From Stenotrophomonas sp. (GTDB lineage: Bacteria; Pseudomonadota; Gammaproteobacteria; Xanthomonadales; Xanthomonadaceae): a DNA stretch of 64,000 bases. The notes below the pieces were generated by a model. The model was not told the DNA's origin. It made no database searches and was given only the letters and a program-made list of their open reading frames with translations. Numbering within the stretch: the first letter of the stretch is position 1; every line of letters starts with the position of its first letter. Positions 54,176 through 63,781 of the stretch are shown in pieces. Location: positions 3,397 to 67,396 of the forward strand of contig DATLJF010000211.1 of the NCBI GenBank assembly GCA_035539015.1. Reading direction: 5' to 3'. Both the position numbers and the translations under genes were made by a program.

Positions 54176-55984
54176 TTACTTGTTGTCCATCTGCAGCACG
54201 GCGAGGAAGGCTTCCTGCGGGATTTCCACCCGCCCGACCTGCTTCATCCGCTTCTTGCCTTCCTTCTGTTTCTCGAGCAGCTTCTTCTTGCGACTGACGT
54301 CGCCACCATAGCATTTGGCCAGCACGTTCTTGCGCATCGCCTTGACCGTACTGCGCGAGATGATCTGCGAGCCGACGGCGGCCTGGATGGCCACGTCGAA
54401 CATCTGCCGCGGGATCAGGTCCTTCATCTTTTCGCACAGCTCGCGGCCGCGGCGATCGGCCTGGCTGCGATGCACGATGATGCTGAGCGCGTCGACCTTG
54501 TCGCCGTTGATCAGCGTGTCCACGCGCACGAACGGACCGGCCTGGAAGCGCAGGAAGTGGTAGTCCAGCGAGGCGTAGCCGCGGCTGACCGACTTGAGCT
54601 TGTCGAAGAAGTCCAGCACCACTTCGGCCATCGGCAGCTCATAGGCGATCTGCACCTGGCTGCCCATGTAGGTGATGCCGACCTGGGCCCCGCGCTTTTC
54701 CTCGCACAACGTGATCACCGAGCCGACATAGTCCGGTGGGGTGAGGATGTTGGCGCGGATGATCGGCTCGCGGACTTCCTCGATGTAGTTCACCGGCGGC
54801 AGCTTGGCCGGGTTGTCCATCGGCACGATCGAGCCGTCGGTCTTGAGCACTTCGTAGATCACCGTCGGCGCGGTGGTGATCAGGTCCAGGTTGTATTCGC
54901 GCTCCAGGCGTTCCTGCACGATTTCCATGTGCAGCATGCCGAGGAAGCCGCAGCGGAAGCCGAAGCCCATGGCCTCGGAGCTTTCCGGCTCGAAGCGCAG
55001 CGCCGCATCGTTCAGGCGCAGCTTCTCCAGCGCCTCGCGCAGGTCCGGGTAGTCCTCGGCGTCGATCGGGAACAGGCCGGCGAACACGCGCGGCTGCATT
55101 TCCTGGAAGCCGGGCAAGGGCTTGGGCGCCGGGTCGCTGGCCAGGGTCAGGGTGTCGCCAACCGGCGCGCCGTGGACATCCTTGATGCTGGCGTTGATCC
55201 AGCCCACTTCGCCGGCACGCAGCGCATCCAGGGTCTTGCGCTTGGGCGTGAACACGCCGACCGCATCGACCTGGTGGGTGCGCCCGGTCGACATCACCAG
55301 GATCTTGCTGCCCGGGCGGATCTCGCCCTGCATCACCCGCACCAGCGAGACCACGCCGAGGTAGTTGTCGAACCACGAATCGATGATCAGCGCCTGCAGC
55401 TTGTCGGTATCGCGCGGCTGCGGCGGCGGGATGCGGTGGACGATCGCCTCCAGCACCGCTTCGACATTCAGGCCAGTCTTGGCGCTGACCGCGACCGCGT
55501 CGGTGGCATCGATGCCGATGACCGCCTCGATCTCGGCCTTGGCGCGCTCGATGTCGGCGGTCGGCAGGTCGATCTTGTTGAGCACCGGCACCACTTCCAG
55601 GCCTTGCTCCACCGCGGTGTAGCAATTGGCCACCGATTGCGCTTCCACGCCTTGCGCCGCATCGACCACCAGCAAGGCGCCTTCGCAGGCGGCCAGCGAA
55701 CGGCTGACCTCATAGCTGAAGTCGACGTGGCCGGGGGTATCGATGAAGTTCAGGTGATAGACCTGCCCGTCGCGCGCCTTGTACGGCAACGACACGGACT
55801 GCGCCTTGATGGTGATGCCGCGCTCGCGCTCGATCGGGTTGGAGTCGAGCACCTGCGCCTCCATCTCCCGCGCCTCGAGGCCGCCGCAGAGTTGGATGAT
55901 GCGATCGGCGAGCGTGGACTTGCCGTGGTCGACGTGCGCGATGATGGAAAAATTGCGGATGTTCCGCATCGAATCGATGGACAT
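54176..55984 (-). CDS. lepA: Elongation factor 4 (LepA)
   Basis: [29 protein letters not shown]. Start is uncertain between ATG 55984 ([12 protein letters not shown]) and ATG 55969. Confidence 0.93.
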   Translation of the reverse strand: MSIDSMRNIRNFSIIAHVDHGKSTLADRIIQLCGGLEAREMEAQVLDSNPIERERGITIKAQSVSLPYKARDGQVYHLNFIDTPGHVDFSYEVSRSLAACEGALLVVDAAQGVEAQSVANCYTAVEQGLEVVPVLNKIDLPTADIERAKAEIEAVIGIDATDAVAVSAKTGLNVEAVLEAIVHRIPPPQPRDTDKLQALIIDSWFDNYLGVVSLVRVMQGEIRPGSKILVMSTGRTHQVDAVGVFTPKRKTLDALRAGEVGWINASIKDVHGAPVGDTLTLASDPAPKPLPGFQEMQPRVFAGLFPIDAEDYPDLREALEKLRLNDAALRFEPESSEAMGFGFRCGFLGMLHMEIVQERLEREYNLDLITTAPTVIYEVLKTDGSIVPMDNPAKLPPVNYIEEVREPIIRANILTPPDYVGSVITLCEEKRGAQVGITYMGSQVQIAYELPMAEVVLDFFDKLKSVSRGYASLDYHFLRFQAGPFVRVDTLINGDKVDALSIIVHRSQADRRGRELCEKMKDLIPRQMFDVAIQAAVGSQIISRSTVKAMRKNVLAKCYGGDVSRKKKLLEKQKEGKKRMKQVGRVEIPQEAFLAVLQMDNK

Positions 55985-56115
55985 GGGAGGTGGGCGGCGG
56001 CCAGGACCGTCGTCAGGAAAACGCGGCATTATCGCACGCCGCGGGGGCTGGCCGACGATCGGCGCGGCAGATCCGGCAGCGCTGCGAGCCGTTCAGGCCC
56101 GCCGCGCCGCGCATG

Positions 56116-57669
56116 TCACTCGCCCGCCTTGACCGCCACGTAGCTGCTGGCCTGGCCGCTGCTGACCAGCAGCATGACCACATCACCCTTCTTGTAGCTG
56201 GCCAGTTCCCGATTCAGGGCGGCCACGCTGCCTACGGGGGTACGGCCCACGCGCAGGATTACCAGGCCCGGGCTCAGCCGGGCTTCGCGGGCCGAGCTGC
56301 CGTTGACCGCGGCGATGCGCACGCCTTCGCCCGACTTCAGGCCCATGCGCTGGCGCTCGGCCGCGCTCAGCTCGGCGACCTGGATGCCAAGCAAGGCAGC
56401 ACTGGCCGGACCGGCCGGACCGGCGTCGTCGTCATTGGCGGCCTGGTTGGGGCGCACATCGGACTCCAGCCGGGTCAAGGTCACCGTGACCTCCTTCTGC
56501 TTGCCGTCGCGCAGCAGGCCGAGGCGGACCTTGGTGCCCGGCGGCAGCATGCCGATCATCGGCGGCAGGTCGCTGGCGGCGTTGATCGGGTTGCCGTTGA
56601 CCGAGCGGATCACGTCGCCCACCTCCACGCCAGCGTTGCCGGCCGCGCCGTCGGCCACCAAGCCGTTGACCAGCGCGCCCTTGGTATCGGGCAACTTCAG
56701 GCCCTGCGCCTGCAAGGCGTCGATCGGCCCCACCTGTACGCCGAGCTGGCCACGGCTGACATAGCCACTGCGCTTGATCTGCTCGGCCGCACTGACCGCC
56801 AGGTCGATCGGAATGGCAAAACTGATCCCCATGTAGCCGCCCGAGGCGGAAAAGATCTGCGAGTTGATGCCCACCACTTCGCCACGGGTATTGAGCAGCG
56901 GGCCGCCCGAATTACCCTGGTTGATCGCCACGTCGGTCTGGATGAACGGCACGTAGCGTTGATCGGCATAGGGATTGGCACGGCCGGTAGCGCTGACGAT
57001 GCCGGCGGTGACCGAGTGATCGAGCCCGAATGGCGAGCCAATCGCCACCACCCATTGCCCCGGCTTGAGCGTGTTGGAGTCACCGATGCGCACCGTGGGC
57101 AGGTTCTTGGCGTCGATCTTCAGCAGCGCCACGTCGTACTGCTCGTCGCTGCCGACGACCTTGGCCTTGAACTCGCGGCCATCGGAGAGCTTGACGTTGA
57201 CCTCGCTGGCGCCTTCCACCACATGGTGGTTGGTCAGCACGTAGCCATCCTGGGAAATGATGAAGCCCGAGCCGGTGGCGCGGCCGACGATGTCGCCGTC
57301 ATTGCCGCCGCGCGGCCCCTGGCGCGGTCCACCCTGGCCGGGCATGCCCGGCATGTCGAAGAAGCGGCGGAAGAATTCCGGCATCTCCTCGTCGTCGGGC
57401 ATCTGCGGCTGGTCGCGGCCGGAGCGCCGCAGCATGTCCTTGCGCGTCACCTTGGTGTCGATGTTGACCACGCCCGGCCCCACTTGCTGGACCAGGTTGG
57501 TGAAGTCCGGCAGGCCGGCGACGAGCTGCGGCGCCGGGGCGGCGCTGCGGGTGGCGATGGGCGCGCTGTCGGCTGCCGGCGCGCTGGCGCCGGGCTGCTG
57601 GGCGCAGGCCGCCAGCGGAAGCGAGATCGCCAGCAGGCCGAATACCTGGTTGCGGATACGGGGATTCAT
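56116..57669 (-). CDS. mucD: DegP/MucD-type periplasmic serine endoprotease (two PDZ domains)
   Basis: Catalytic His TNHHVV, Asp DVALLKI, Ser GNSGGPL. Two PDZ-like regions. The N-terminus ends in LPLAAC, a lipobox-like motif. Confidence 0.9.
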   Translation of the reverse strand: MNPRIRNQVFGLLAISLPLAACAQQPGASAPAADSAPIATRSAAPAPQLVAGLPDFTNLVQQVGPGVVNIDTKVTRKDMLRRSGRDQPQMPDDEEMPEFFRRFFDMPGMPGQGGPRQGPRGGNDGDIVGRATGSGFIISQDGYVLTNHHVVEGASEVNVKLSDGREFKAKVVGSDEQYDVALLKIDAKNLPTVRIGDSNTLKPGQWVVAIGSPFGLDHSVTAGIVSATGRANPYADQRYVPFIQTDVAINQGNSGGPLLNTRGEVVGINSQIFSASGGYMGISFAIPIDLAVSAAEQIKRSGYVSRGQLGVQVGPIDALQAQGLKLPDTKGALVNGLVADGAAGNAGVEVGDVIRSVNGNPINAASDLPPMIGMLPPGTKVRLGLLRDGKQKEVTVTLTRLESDVRPNQAANDDDAGPAGPASAALLGIQVAELSAAERQRMGLKSGEGVRIAAVNGSSAREARLSPGLVILRVGRTPVGSVAALNRELASYKKGDVVMLLVSSGQASSYVAVKAGE

Positions 57670-57778
57670 CGGAAACGCGCCTCCTAAGGACGAGGGGGGT
57701 CTGGAGCGGGACAAAGCCGGCCGGGCCGCCCGCGGTGCGGGCGGCTGGCCAATGCAGAACACTTACGAAGCGGAACTG

Positions 57779-58630
57779 TCAGCGCGGCGGCAGCGGCGGC
57801 AAACGCGATTCTTCCACCGGCACGGCCTGTGCCGGCTCGAACGGATAGAACGTCGTTGCCGGCGCCTGCCCGAAACTGGCATTGAGCGAGCTCTCGCTGC
57901 CGGCCAGGGCCGAGCGAGGCCAGGGCCTTGCCTGCACCGTGCCGGGATGGCCGAACGGATCGGCCGGGGCCACGGGATTGGCCAGCACCGGGGCCGGCGT
58001 CGCGCTGGCCACCTGTAGTTGCGGCGCGGGATCGCGCCGGGCCGCACTGGCGCGGGCAGCCTGCTGGACGCGCGTGGCCGAGGCCACGGTGCGCGCGGCG
58101 TCGCGGCGGGCAGCGGCCAGGGCCGCCGCCGGGGCCGCGGCAGCCATGCGGCCGATGGCGTTGTCGCCGTCGGGGTCGGCCGGGGCTGGCGCCGGGATCG
58201 GCGGCGCCGGCACCTGGGCGGTGGTGGCAAATACCGGGGTCGGTGCCGGGGCGGCCTGCTCAGGCAAGCGCTCACGGCTCACGAACAAGGCCAGCGCGGC
58301 GACCGACGCGGCGATCGCACCCCCGCTCCAGCCCCAGACCCGGCGGGCCCGGCCAGGCGCAGCTTGCGCCTGCGGCGCCGGCTCGGCGGCCACGGCCAGG
58401 CGGACACGGGCGGCGAAATCGGCCGGTGCGGGCGCACTGGCCATGCCGCGCAGCACGTCGCCGCACAGCTGCCAACGTTCGTGGCAGCCGCTCAGTTCTT
58501 CGTCGTGCTGCAGCCGGCGCAACAAAAAGCGCGCTTCATCGGCTGGCAATTCGCCGTCGATCAACGCCGACAACTGCTGCCGGTAGTGGACTTCGAACTT
58601 GTCGCTGGATTGAAAAGGCTGTTGGCTCAT
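57779..58630 (-). CDS. rseA: Anti-sigma-E factor (RseA/MucA N-terminal domain) with long Ala/Pro-rich periplasmic region
   Basis: ATGA overlap with rpoE. LSALIDGELPADEARFLLRRL...ERWQLCGDVLRG is the RseA_N signature. One TM segment (GGAIAASVAALALFV). Confidence 0.8.
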   Translation of the reverse strand: MSQQPFQSSDKFEVHYRQQLSALIDGELPADEARFLLRRLQHDEELSGCHERWQLCGDVLRGMASAPAPADFAARVRLAVAAEPAPQAQAAPGRARRVWGWSGGAIAASVAALALFVSRERLPEQAAPAPTPVFATTAQVPAPPIPAPAPADPDGDNAIGRMAAAAPAAALAAARRDAARTVASATRVQQAARASAARRDPAPQLQVASATPAPVLANPVAPADPFGHPGTVQARPWPRSALAGSESSLNASFGQAPATTFYPFEPAQAVPVEESRLPPLPPR

Positions 58631-59253
58631 AGACGGTCACGGTGGCGGTCGCGGGTGGCGCTGTCGGTCTCCAGCAGAGGCCGCAGCTCGGCATCGATGG
58701 CTTCGCGGGCGCGGAAGATGCGCGAGCGCACCGTTCCGATCGGGCAATCCATCTTCTGCGCGATTTCCTCGTAGCTCAGGCCCTCCACCTCGCGCAGGGT
58801 GATGGCCGCCCGGAGTTCTTCCGGCAATGCTTGGACCGCTTTCATCACGGTTTGTTCCAACTCCTGCCGCATCAATTCACGCTCCGGGGTATCGGTGTCG
58901 CGCAAGCGCGTGGCGCCATCGAACTGTTCGGCGTCGGCGACGTCGATATCGTCGGTGGGTGGCCGGCGGTTGTTCGCGACCAGGTGGTTCTTGGCGGTAT
59001 TCACGGCGATTCTGTGCAACCAGGTATAGAACTGGGCGTCGCCACGAAAACTGCCCATTGCGCGATATGCGCGCAGGAAAGTCTCCTGGGCCACGTCCTG
59101 GCACTCGCTCCAGTCGCTGATGTAGCGCCCGATCAGGGCGACGATACGGTGCTGGTACTTGCGCACCAGCACATCGAACGCCGCGCTCTCGCCGCGCTGC
59201 ACGCGCCGGACCAGTTCCAGGTCCAGATCCTGTGGTGTTTCGACATCGGCCAT
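58627..59253 (-). CDS. rpoE: ECF sigma factor RpoE/AlgU
   Basis: LVRRVQRGESAAFDVLVRKYQHRI...DVAQETFLRAYRA...LSYEEIAQKMDCPIGTVRSRIFRAREAI. Confidence 0.93.
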   Translation of the reverse strand: MADVETPQDLDLELVRRVQRGESAAFDVLVRKYQHRIVALIGRYISDWSECQDVAQETFLRAYRAMGSFRGDAQFYTWLHRIAVNTAKNHLVANNRRPPTDDIDVADAEQFDGATRLRDTDTPERELMRQELEQTVMKAVQALPEELRAAITLREVEGLSYEEIAQKMDCPIGTVRSRIFRAREAIDAELRPLLETDSATRDRHRDRL

Positions 59254-59290
59254 GTCGGGCCGCACTCCTGTCGCCCGATCACGTCCGGGC

Positions 59291-59318
59291 TTATGACCAG
59301 CGCTGAAGGGAAAAGTTC
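59291..59318 (-). promoter_or_regulatory. Sigma-E-type (autoregulated) promoter upstream of rpoE
   Basis: The minus strand reads GAACTT, a 16-nt spacer, then TCATAA. It lies 38-65 nt upstream of the rpoE ATG and resembles the GAACTT-N16/17-TC..A RpoE/AlgU consensus. Confidence 0.5.
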
Positions 59319-59488
59319 AGCGGCAGCTGCGGCTGCCACTTCACAAGATTAACGGGCGTTGCATTAGCGTGGCGACCACGGGCCGCACCTGCTGAAAGTC
59401 CCCAGCCATGGCTTTGGGGATTTGACGTGAAGGAAACAACCTCTGGATGATAACGGCCCCTTCCATACACAAGCGGATGGTCAGACCC

Positions 59489-61552
59489 ATGCTCTCAGGC
59501 TTCGATGGGCTTCGATTCAGTCACTGGCAGACCGAGATCCGCGATGACGGCGTCGTGGTGCTCAGCCTCGATCGTGCCAATGCACCGGTCAACGCCTTCT
59601 CGCAGGACGTGCTGCTGGAGCTGGCCGAGCTGATCGAGCGCATCGCCATCGACCCGCCCCGCGGCGTGGTGATCCGCTCGGCCAAGGCCAACGGCTTCAT
59701 TGCCGGCGCCGACCTCAAGGAGTTCCAGGAGTATGACCGCCGCGGCACCGTCAATGACGCCATCCGCCGCGGCCAGTCCACGTTCCAGAAGCTGGCCGAG
59801 CTGCCCTGCCCGACCGTGGCCGCCATCCACGGCTTCTGCATGGGCGGCGGCACCGAAATCGCCCTGGCCTGCCGCTACCGCGTCGCCTCCGACGACCCGT
59901 CCACCCGGATTGGCCTGCCCGAGACCAAGCTGGGCATCTTCCCCGGCTGGGGTGGCAGCGCGCGCTTGCCGAACCTGATCGGCGCGCCGGCGGCGATGGA
60001 CCTGATGTTGACCGGCCGCACCGTCTCGGCCAGCGCCGCGCGCGCCATGGGCCTGGTGGATAAAGTCGCCGCCCCCGCGGTGCTGGTGGATACCGCCGCG
60101 GCGTTGGCGCTGTCGGGCACGGTACGCCCGTTCAAGCAGCGCCTGGCCGGCTGGGCCACCAACACCTGGATCGCGCGCAAGTTGCTGGCCCCGCAGATGG
60201 CCAAGCAGGTCGGTCGCAAGGCGCGCAAGGAGCATTACCCGGCGCCGTACGCACTTATCAATGTCTGGGAACGGAGTGGCGGCAGCGGCATCCAGGCGCG
60301 CCTGGACGCCGAGCGCAAGGCGGTGGTCAAGCTGGCCAGCACCCCGACCGCGCGCAACCTGATCCGCATCTTCTTCCTGACCGAGCGACTGAAAGGGCTG
60401 GGCGGCAAGGATCATGGGGTGAAGCACGTGCACGTGGTCGGTGCCGGCGTGATGGGCGGCGACATCGCCGCCTGGTCGGCCTACAAGGGTTTCGAGGTGA
60501 CCTTGCAGGACCGCGAGCAGCGCTTCATCGACACCGCGCTGGGCCGCGCCAACGAATTGTTCAACAAGCGCGTCAAGGATGCCGGCAAGCGCCCGGCAGT
60601 GGCCGCGCGCCTGAAAAGCGACCTGGCCGGCCACGGCGTGGCCCAGGCCGACCTGGTGATCGAGGCGATCATCGAGAAGCCCGAGGCCAAGCGTGAGCTG
60701 TATCAGCAGGTAGAGCCGCAGATGAAGGCCGATGCCCTGCTCACCAGCAACACCTCTTCCATTCCGCTGACCGAACTGCGCGAGCACATCCAGCGTCCGG
60801 CGCAATTTGCCGGCCTGCACTATTTCAACCCGGTGGCGCAGATGCCGCTGGTGGAAATCGTGCAGCACGATGCCATGGCCGAAGAAACCCGCAAGCGCCT
60901 GGCCGCCTTCTGCAAGGCGCTGGACAAGCTGCCGGTGCCGGTGGCCGGCACGCCGGGGTTCCTGGTCAACCGCGTGCTGTTCCCGTACATGCTCGAAGCG
61001 GCCACTGCCTATGCCGAGGGCATCCCCGGGCCGGTGATCGACAAGGCGGCGGTGAAGTTCGGCATGCCGATGGGGCCGATCGAGCTGATCGACACCGTCG
61101 GCCTGGACGTGGCCGCCGGGGTGGGCGAAGAACTGGCGCCGTTCCTCGGCCTGCCGATCCCGGCGGCGCTGAAGACGGTGGAACCGGGCAAGCGCGGCAA
61201 GAAGGACGGCCAGGGTCTGTACAAGTGGGAGAACGGCCGAGCGGTCAAGCCAGAAGTGGCCAAGGACTACGAAGCACCGGCCGACCTGGAAGACCGCCTG
61301 ATCCTGCCGCTGCTCAACGAAGCGGTGGCCTGCCTGCACGATGGCGTGGTGGCCGATGCCGACCTGCTCGATGCCGGCGTGATCTTCGGCACCGGCTTTG
61401 CGCCGTTCCGCGGCGGCCCGATCCAGCACGTGCGTGCAACGGGGGCCGATGTGTTGGTCGAACGCTTGAAGACCTTGCAGTCGCGCTATGGCGACCGCTT
61501 TGCGCCGCGGCCGGGCTGGGATGCGCCGGCGTTGCGCGAGCCGGTGGTGTAG
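59489..61552 (+). CDS. Fatty-acid oxidation multifunctional protein (enoyl-CoA hydratase / 3-hydroxyacyl-CoA dehydrogenase)
   Basis: N-terminal crotonase fold (FIAGADLKEF...GFCMGGGTEIALAC) and an NAD fold VVGAGVMGGDIA with the 3HCDH domain. Confidence 0.9.
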   Translation: MLSGFDGLRFSHWQTEIRDDGVVVLSLDRANAPVNAFSQDVLLELAELIERIAIDPPRGVVIRSAKANGFIAGADLKEFQEYDRRGTVNDAIRRGQSTFQKLAELPCPTVAAIHGFCMGGGTEIALACRYRVASDDPSTRIGLPETKLGIFPGWGGSARLPNLIGAPAAMDLMLTGRTVSASAARAMGLVDKVAAPAVLVDTAAALALSGTVRPFKQRLAGWATNTWIARKLLAPQMAKQVGRKARKEHYPAPYALINVWERSGGSGIQARLDAERKAVVKLASTPTARNLIRIFFLTERLKGLGGKDHGVKHVHVVGAGVMGGDIAAWSAYKGFEVTLQDREQRFIDTALGRANELFNKRVKDAGKRPAVAARLKSDLAGHGVAQADLVIEAIIEKPEAKRELYQQVEPQMKADALLTSNTSSIPLTELREHIQRPAQFAGLHYFNPVAQMPLVEIVQHDAMAEETRKRLAAFCKALDKLPVPVAGTPGFLVNRVLFPYMLEAATAYAEGIPGPVIDKAAVKFGMPMGPIELIDTVGLDVAAGVGEELAPFLGLPIPAALKTVEPGKRGKKDGQGLYKWENGRAVKPEVAKDYEAPADLEDRLILPLLNEAVACLHDGVVADADLLDAGVIFGTGFAPFRGGPIQHVRATGADVLVERLKTLQSRYGDRFAPRPGWDAPALREPVV

Positions 61553-61573
61553 GCCGGTCTTGCCGCAAAAACA

Positions 61574-61600
61574 AAGCGCCGCCCTCGGGCGGCGTTTTTG
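61574..61600 (+). terminator. Rho-independent terminator
   Basis: CGCCGCC-CTCG-GGCGGCG followed by TTTTT, about 25 nt after the stop. Confidence 0.8.
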
Positions 61601-61647
61601 CTGGTGGGGTGGGCTTGGCGAGGACCGATGCATCGCGACTTCGTTCT

Positions 61648-61727
61648 TCGGGGCTGAAGCCCCTCCTACACCCTCCACGATCGCTATTCCTGTGTCGAGG
61701 AGGGTGTAGGAGGGGCTTCAGCCCCGA
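61648..61727. repeat. Inverted pair of REP elements (variant of family A)
   Basis: TCGGGGCTGAAGCCCCTCCTACACCCTCC (61648-61676) is the exact reverse complement of 61699-61727. 22-bp spacer. Confidence 0.9.
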
Positions 61728-61778
61728 CCGCCATTTGTCAGCTGACGACGCCACGCCTGGAGTGCATCCCGCCAACGC

Positions 61779-62735
61779 TCAAGAATGCGTGTGCCCGTGG
61801 TGTCCCTGGGGATCGGCATCATGCTGATGCCCATGCCCGCCGCCCTGCACCGCGCACGCATCGCCACAATGATCCGCCTCCACCTGCAAGGTCACATGGT
61901 CGATGCCGAAGCGCTCGTGCAGCAGCGCTGCCAGTGCGCGACGCAAGCGGTCGTTGTCTACGCCTTCGGCGGCGACCACATGCACGGTCAACGCGGGCGT
62001 GCTCGATGCCAACGCCCACACATGCAGGTCATGCACGTCGAGCACACCCGGCTGCGCATGCAGCGCCTGCCGCACTGCCGCCAGGTCCAGGCCCTTGGGC
62101 ACGCCTTCCAGCAATACGTTGATCGCTTCGCGCAACAGCAGCCAGGTGCGCGGCAGCACCCACAGGCCGATCAACACGGCCAGCACCGGGTCGATCCACT
62201 GCCAGCCGGTCCAGCCGATCGCCAGCGCGCCCAGGATCACCGCCACCGAGCCGAGCATGTCGCTCCAGACTTCGAGATAGGCGCCCTTGACGTTGAGATT
62301 CTCGCCGGCGCCGGCGCGCAGCAGGCGCATCGCGATCAAGTTGATGACCAGGCCGAGGCCGGCGATCAGCAGCATGCCGGTTTCGCCGACTGCTTGCGGC
62401 TGGCGGAAACGTTGCGCCGCTTCCCACAGGATGTAGGCGCCGACCGCGAACAACAACGCGCCGTTGAGCAGTGCGCCCAGCGCTTCCAGGCGCGCATAGC
62501 CGTAGCTGCGGCGTGCATCCGGCGGGCGCCGGCTCAGCCGCACCGCGACCAGCGCGATCATCAGGCCGAGGGTATCGGTGGCCATGTGCGCGGCGTCGGA
62601 CAAGAGCGCCAGGCTGCTGGTGACGAAGGCGCCAACGACCTCGGCAACGAGGAAAACGCCGGTCAGTCCGAGCGCCCACCACAGGGGCTTCTCGTGGCGA
62701 ATCTCGGCAGGCGCGTGGTTGTGGTCGTGTCCCAT
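61779..62735 (-). CDS. czcD: CDF-family divalent metal efflux transporter (CzcD/ZitB-like)
   Basis: His-rich termini (MGHDHNH... and ...GGGHGHQHDADPQGHHGHTHS). SLALLSDAAHMATD motif. Six TM segments. Confidence 0.9.
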   Translation of the reverse strand: MGHDHNHAPAEIRHEKPLWWALGLTGVFLVAEVVGAFVTSSLALLSDAAHMATDTLGLMIALVAVRLSRRPPDARRSYGYARLEALGALLNGALLFAVGAYILWEAAQRFRQPQAVGETGMLLIAGLGLVINLIAMRLLRAGAGENLNVKGAYLEVWSDMLGSVAVILGALAIGWTGWQWIDPVLAVLIGLWVLPRTWLLLREAINVLLEGVPKGLDLAAVRQALHAQPGVLDVHDLHVWALASSTPALTVHVVAAEGVDNDRLRRALAALLHERFGIDHVTLQVEADHCGDACAVQGGGHGHQHDADPQGHHGHTHS

Positions 62736-62802
62736 CGGCGGGTTCCTTCAGCAGGAACCCAGCCTATGCATGCGACGGCGCGGAGACTATTACAGTGGAC
62801 TT

Positions 62803-62862
62803 TGTAGGAGCGGCTTTAGCCGCGACCGCCCTCCGGCTGTCGCGGCTAAAGCCGCTCCTACA
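62803..62862. repeat. Inverted pair of REP family A elements
   Basis: TGTAGGAGCGGCTTTAGCCGCGAC (62803-62826) is the exact reverse complement of 62839-62862. 12-bp spacer. Confidence 0.9.
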
Positions 62863-62880
62863 AGGAGAAAGCCCGATTTC

Positions 62881-63768
62881 TCAGTTGTCGGACACCAGCT
62901 TCACCACCGAAGAGAAATCCAGCTTGCCGTTGCCGGCCCGGCTGTTCATTGCATACAGATTGCGCGCCAGCTCGCCCAGCGGAATCGACGCGCCCACGCC
63001 CATCGCCGCTTCCACCGCCAGGCCCAGGTCCTTGAGCATCAGGTCATTGCCGAAGCCGCCACTGTAGCCGCGCGAGGCCGGCGCGTTCTCCAGCACGCCC
63101 GGCCATGGATTGCAGACCTCCGTGGCCCAACTGCGGCCGGTGCTCACCGCCATCATCTGCGACAGCACCTTGGGGTCCAATCCATGCGCTTGGCCGAGGG
63201 CGATGGCTTCGCCGGTCACCGCCATGATCACGCCCAGCGCCATGTTGTTGCACAGCTTGGCGACCTGGCCGGCGCCACTGTCGCCGACATGGAAGATGTT
63301 CTTGCCCATCGCCTGCAGGAACGGGCGTGCCTTCTCCAGCGCATCGGCCGGTCCGCCGACAATAAAGGTCAGCGTGCCGGCGGCTGCGCCGGCGGTGCCG
63401 CCGGAAACCGGCGCATCGAGCATCTGCAGCCCACGCGAGGCAGCCGCTTCGGCGACCTTGCGCGCGGTGGACGGGGCGATCGTGCTGCAGTCGATCACCA
63501 GCGCGCCGGCCGGGATTTTCTCCAGGATCCCGTCTGCGCCGAGGTACAGCCCTTCGACGTGGCGGCTGGCCGGCAGCATCGAGATCACCAGTTCCGCGTC
63601 GGCCAGCGTATCGGCGGCCGAAGTGCCGGCGACCGCGCCGGCTTCGACGGCATGCGCGATGGCTTCCGGCACCAGGTCGAACACGCGCACGGCGTGCCCG
63701 GCCTTGGCGAGGTTGGCGGCCATCGGCCCGCCCATGTTGCCCAGTCCGATAAAAGCGATCCGGCTCAT
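62881..63768 (-). CDS. mmsB: 3-hydroxyisobutyrate dehydrogenase
   Basis: IAFIGLGNMGGPMAANL NAD fold, ...DAPVSGG...GQVAKLCNNM.... Confidence 0.9.
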   Translation of the reverse strand: MSRIAFIGLGNMGGPMAANLAKAGHAVRVFDLVPEAIAHAVEAGAVAGTSAADTLADAELVISMLPASRHVEGLYLGADGILEKIPAGALVIDCSTIAPSTARKVAEAAASRGLQMLDAPVSGGTAGAAAGTLTFIVGGPADALEKARPFLQAMGKNIFHVGDSGAGQVAKLCNNMALGVIMAVTGEAIALGQAHGLDPKVLSQMMAVSTGRSWATEVCNPWPGVLENAPASRGYSGGFGNDLMLKDLGLAVEAAMGVGASIPLGELARNLYAMNSRAGNGKLDFSSVVKLVSDN

Positions 63769-63781
63769 TGCTGTGTCTCCG

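Noticed and set aside
53390-56143. 917-aa plus-strand ORF
   Set aside because: It lies antisense to lepB and lepA, which are both unambiguous. A shadow ORF.
59495-61678. 727-aa minus-strand ORF
   Set aside because: It lies antisense to the fadB-like gene. A shadow ORF.
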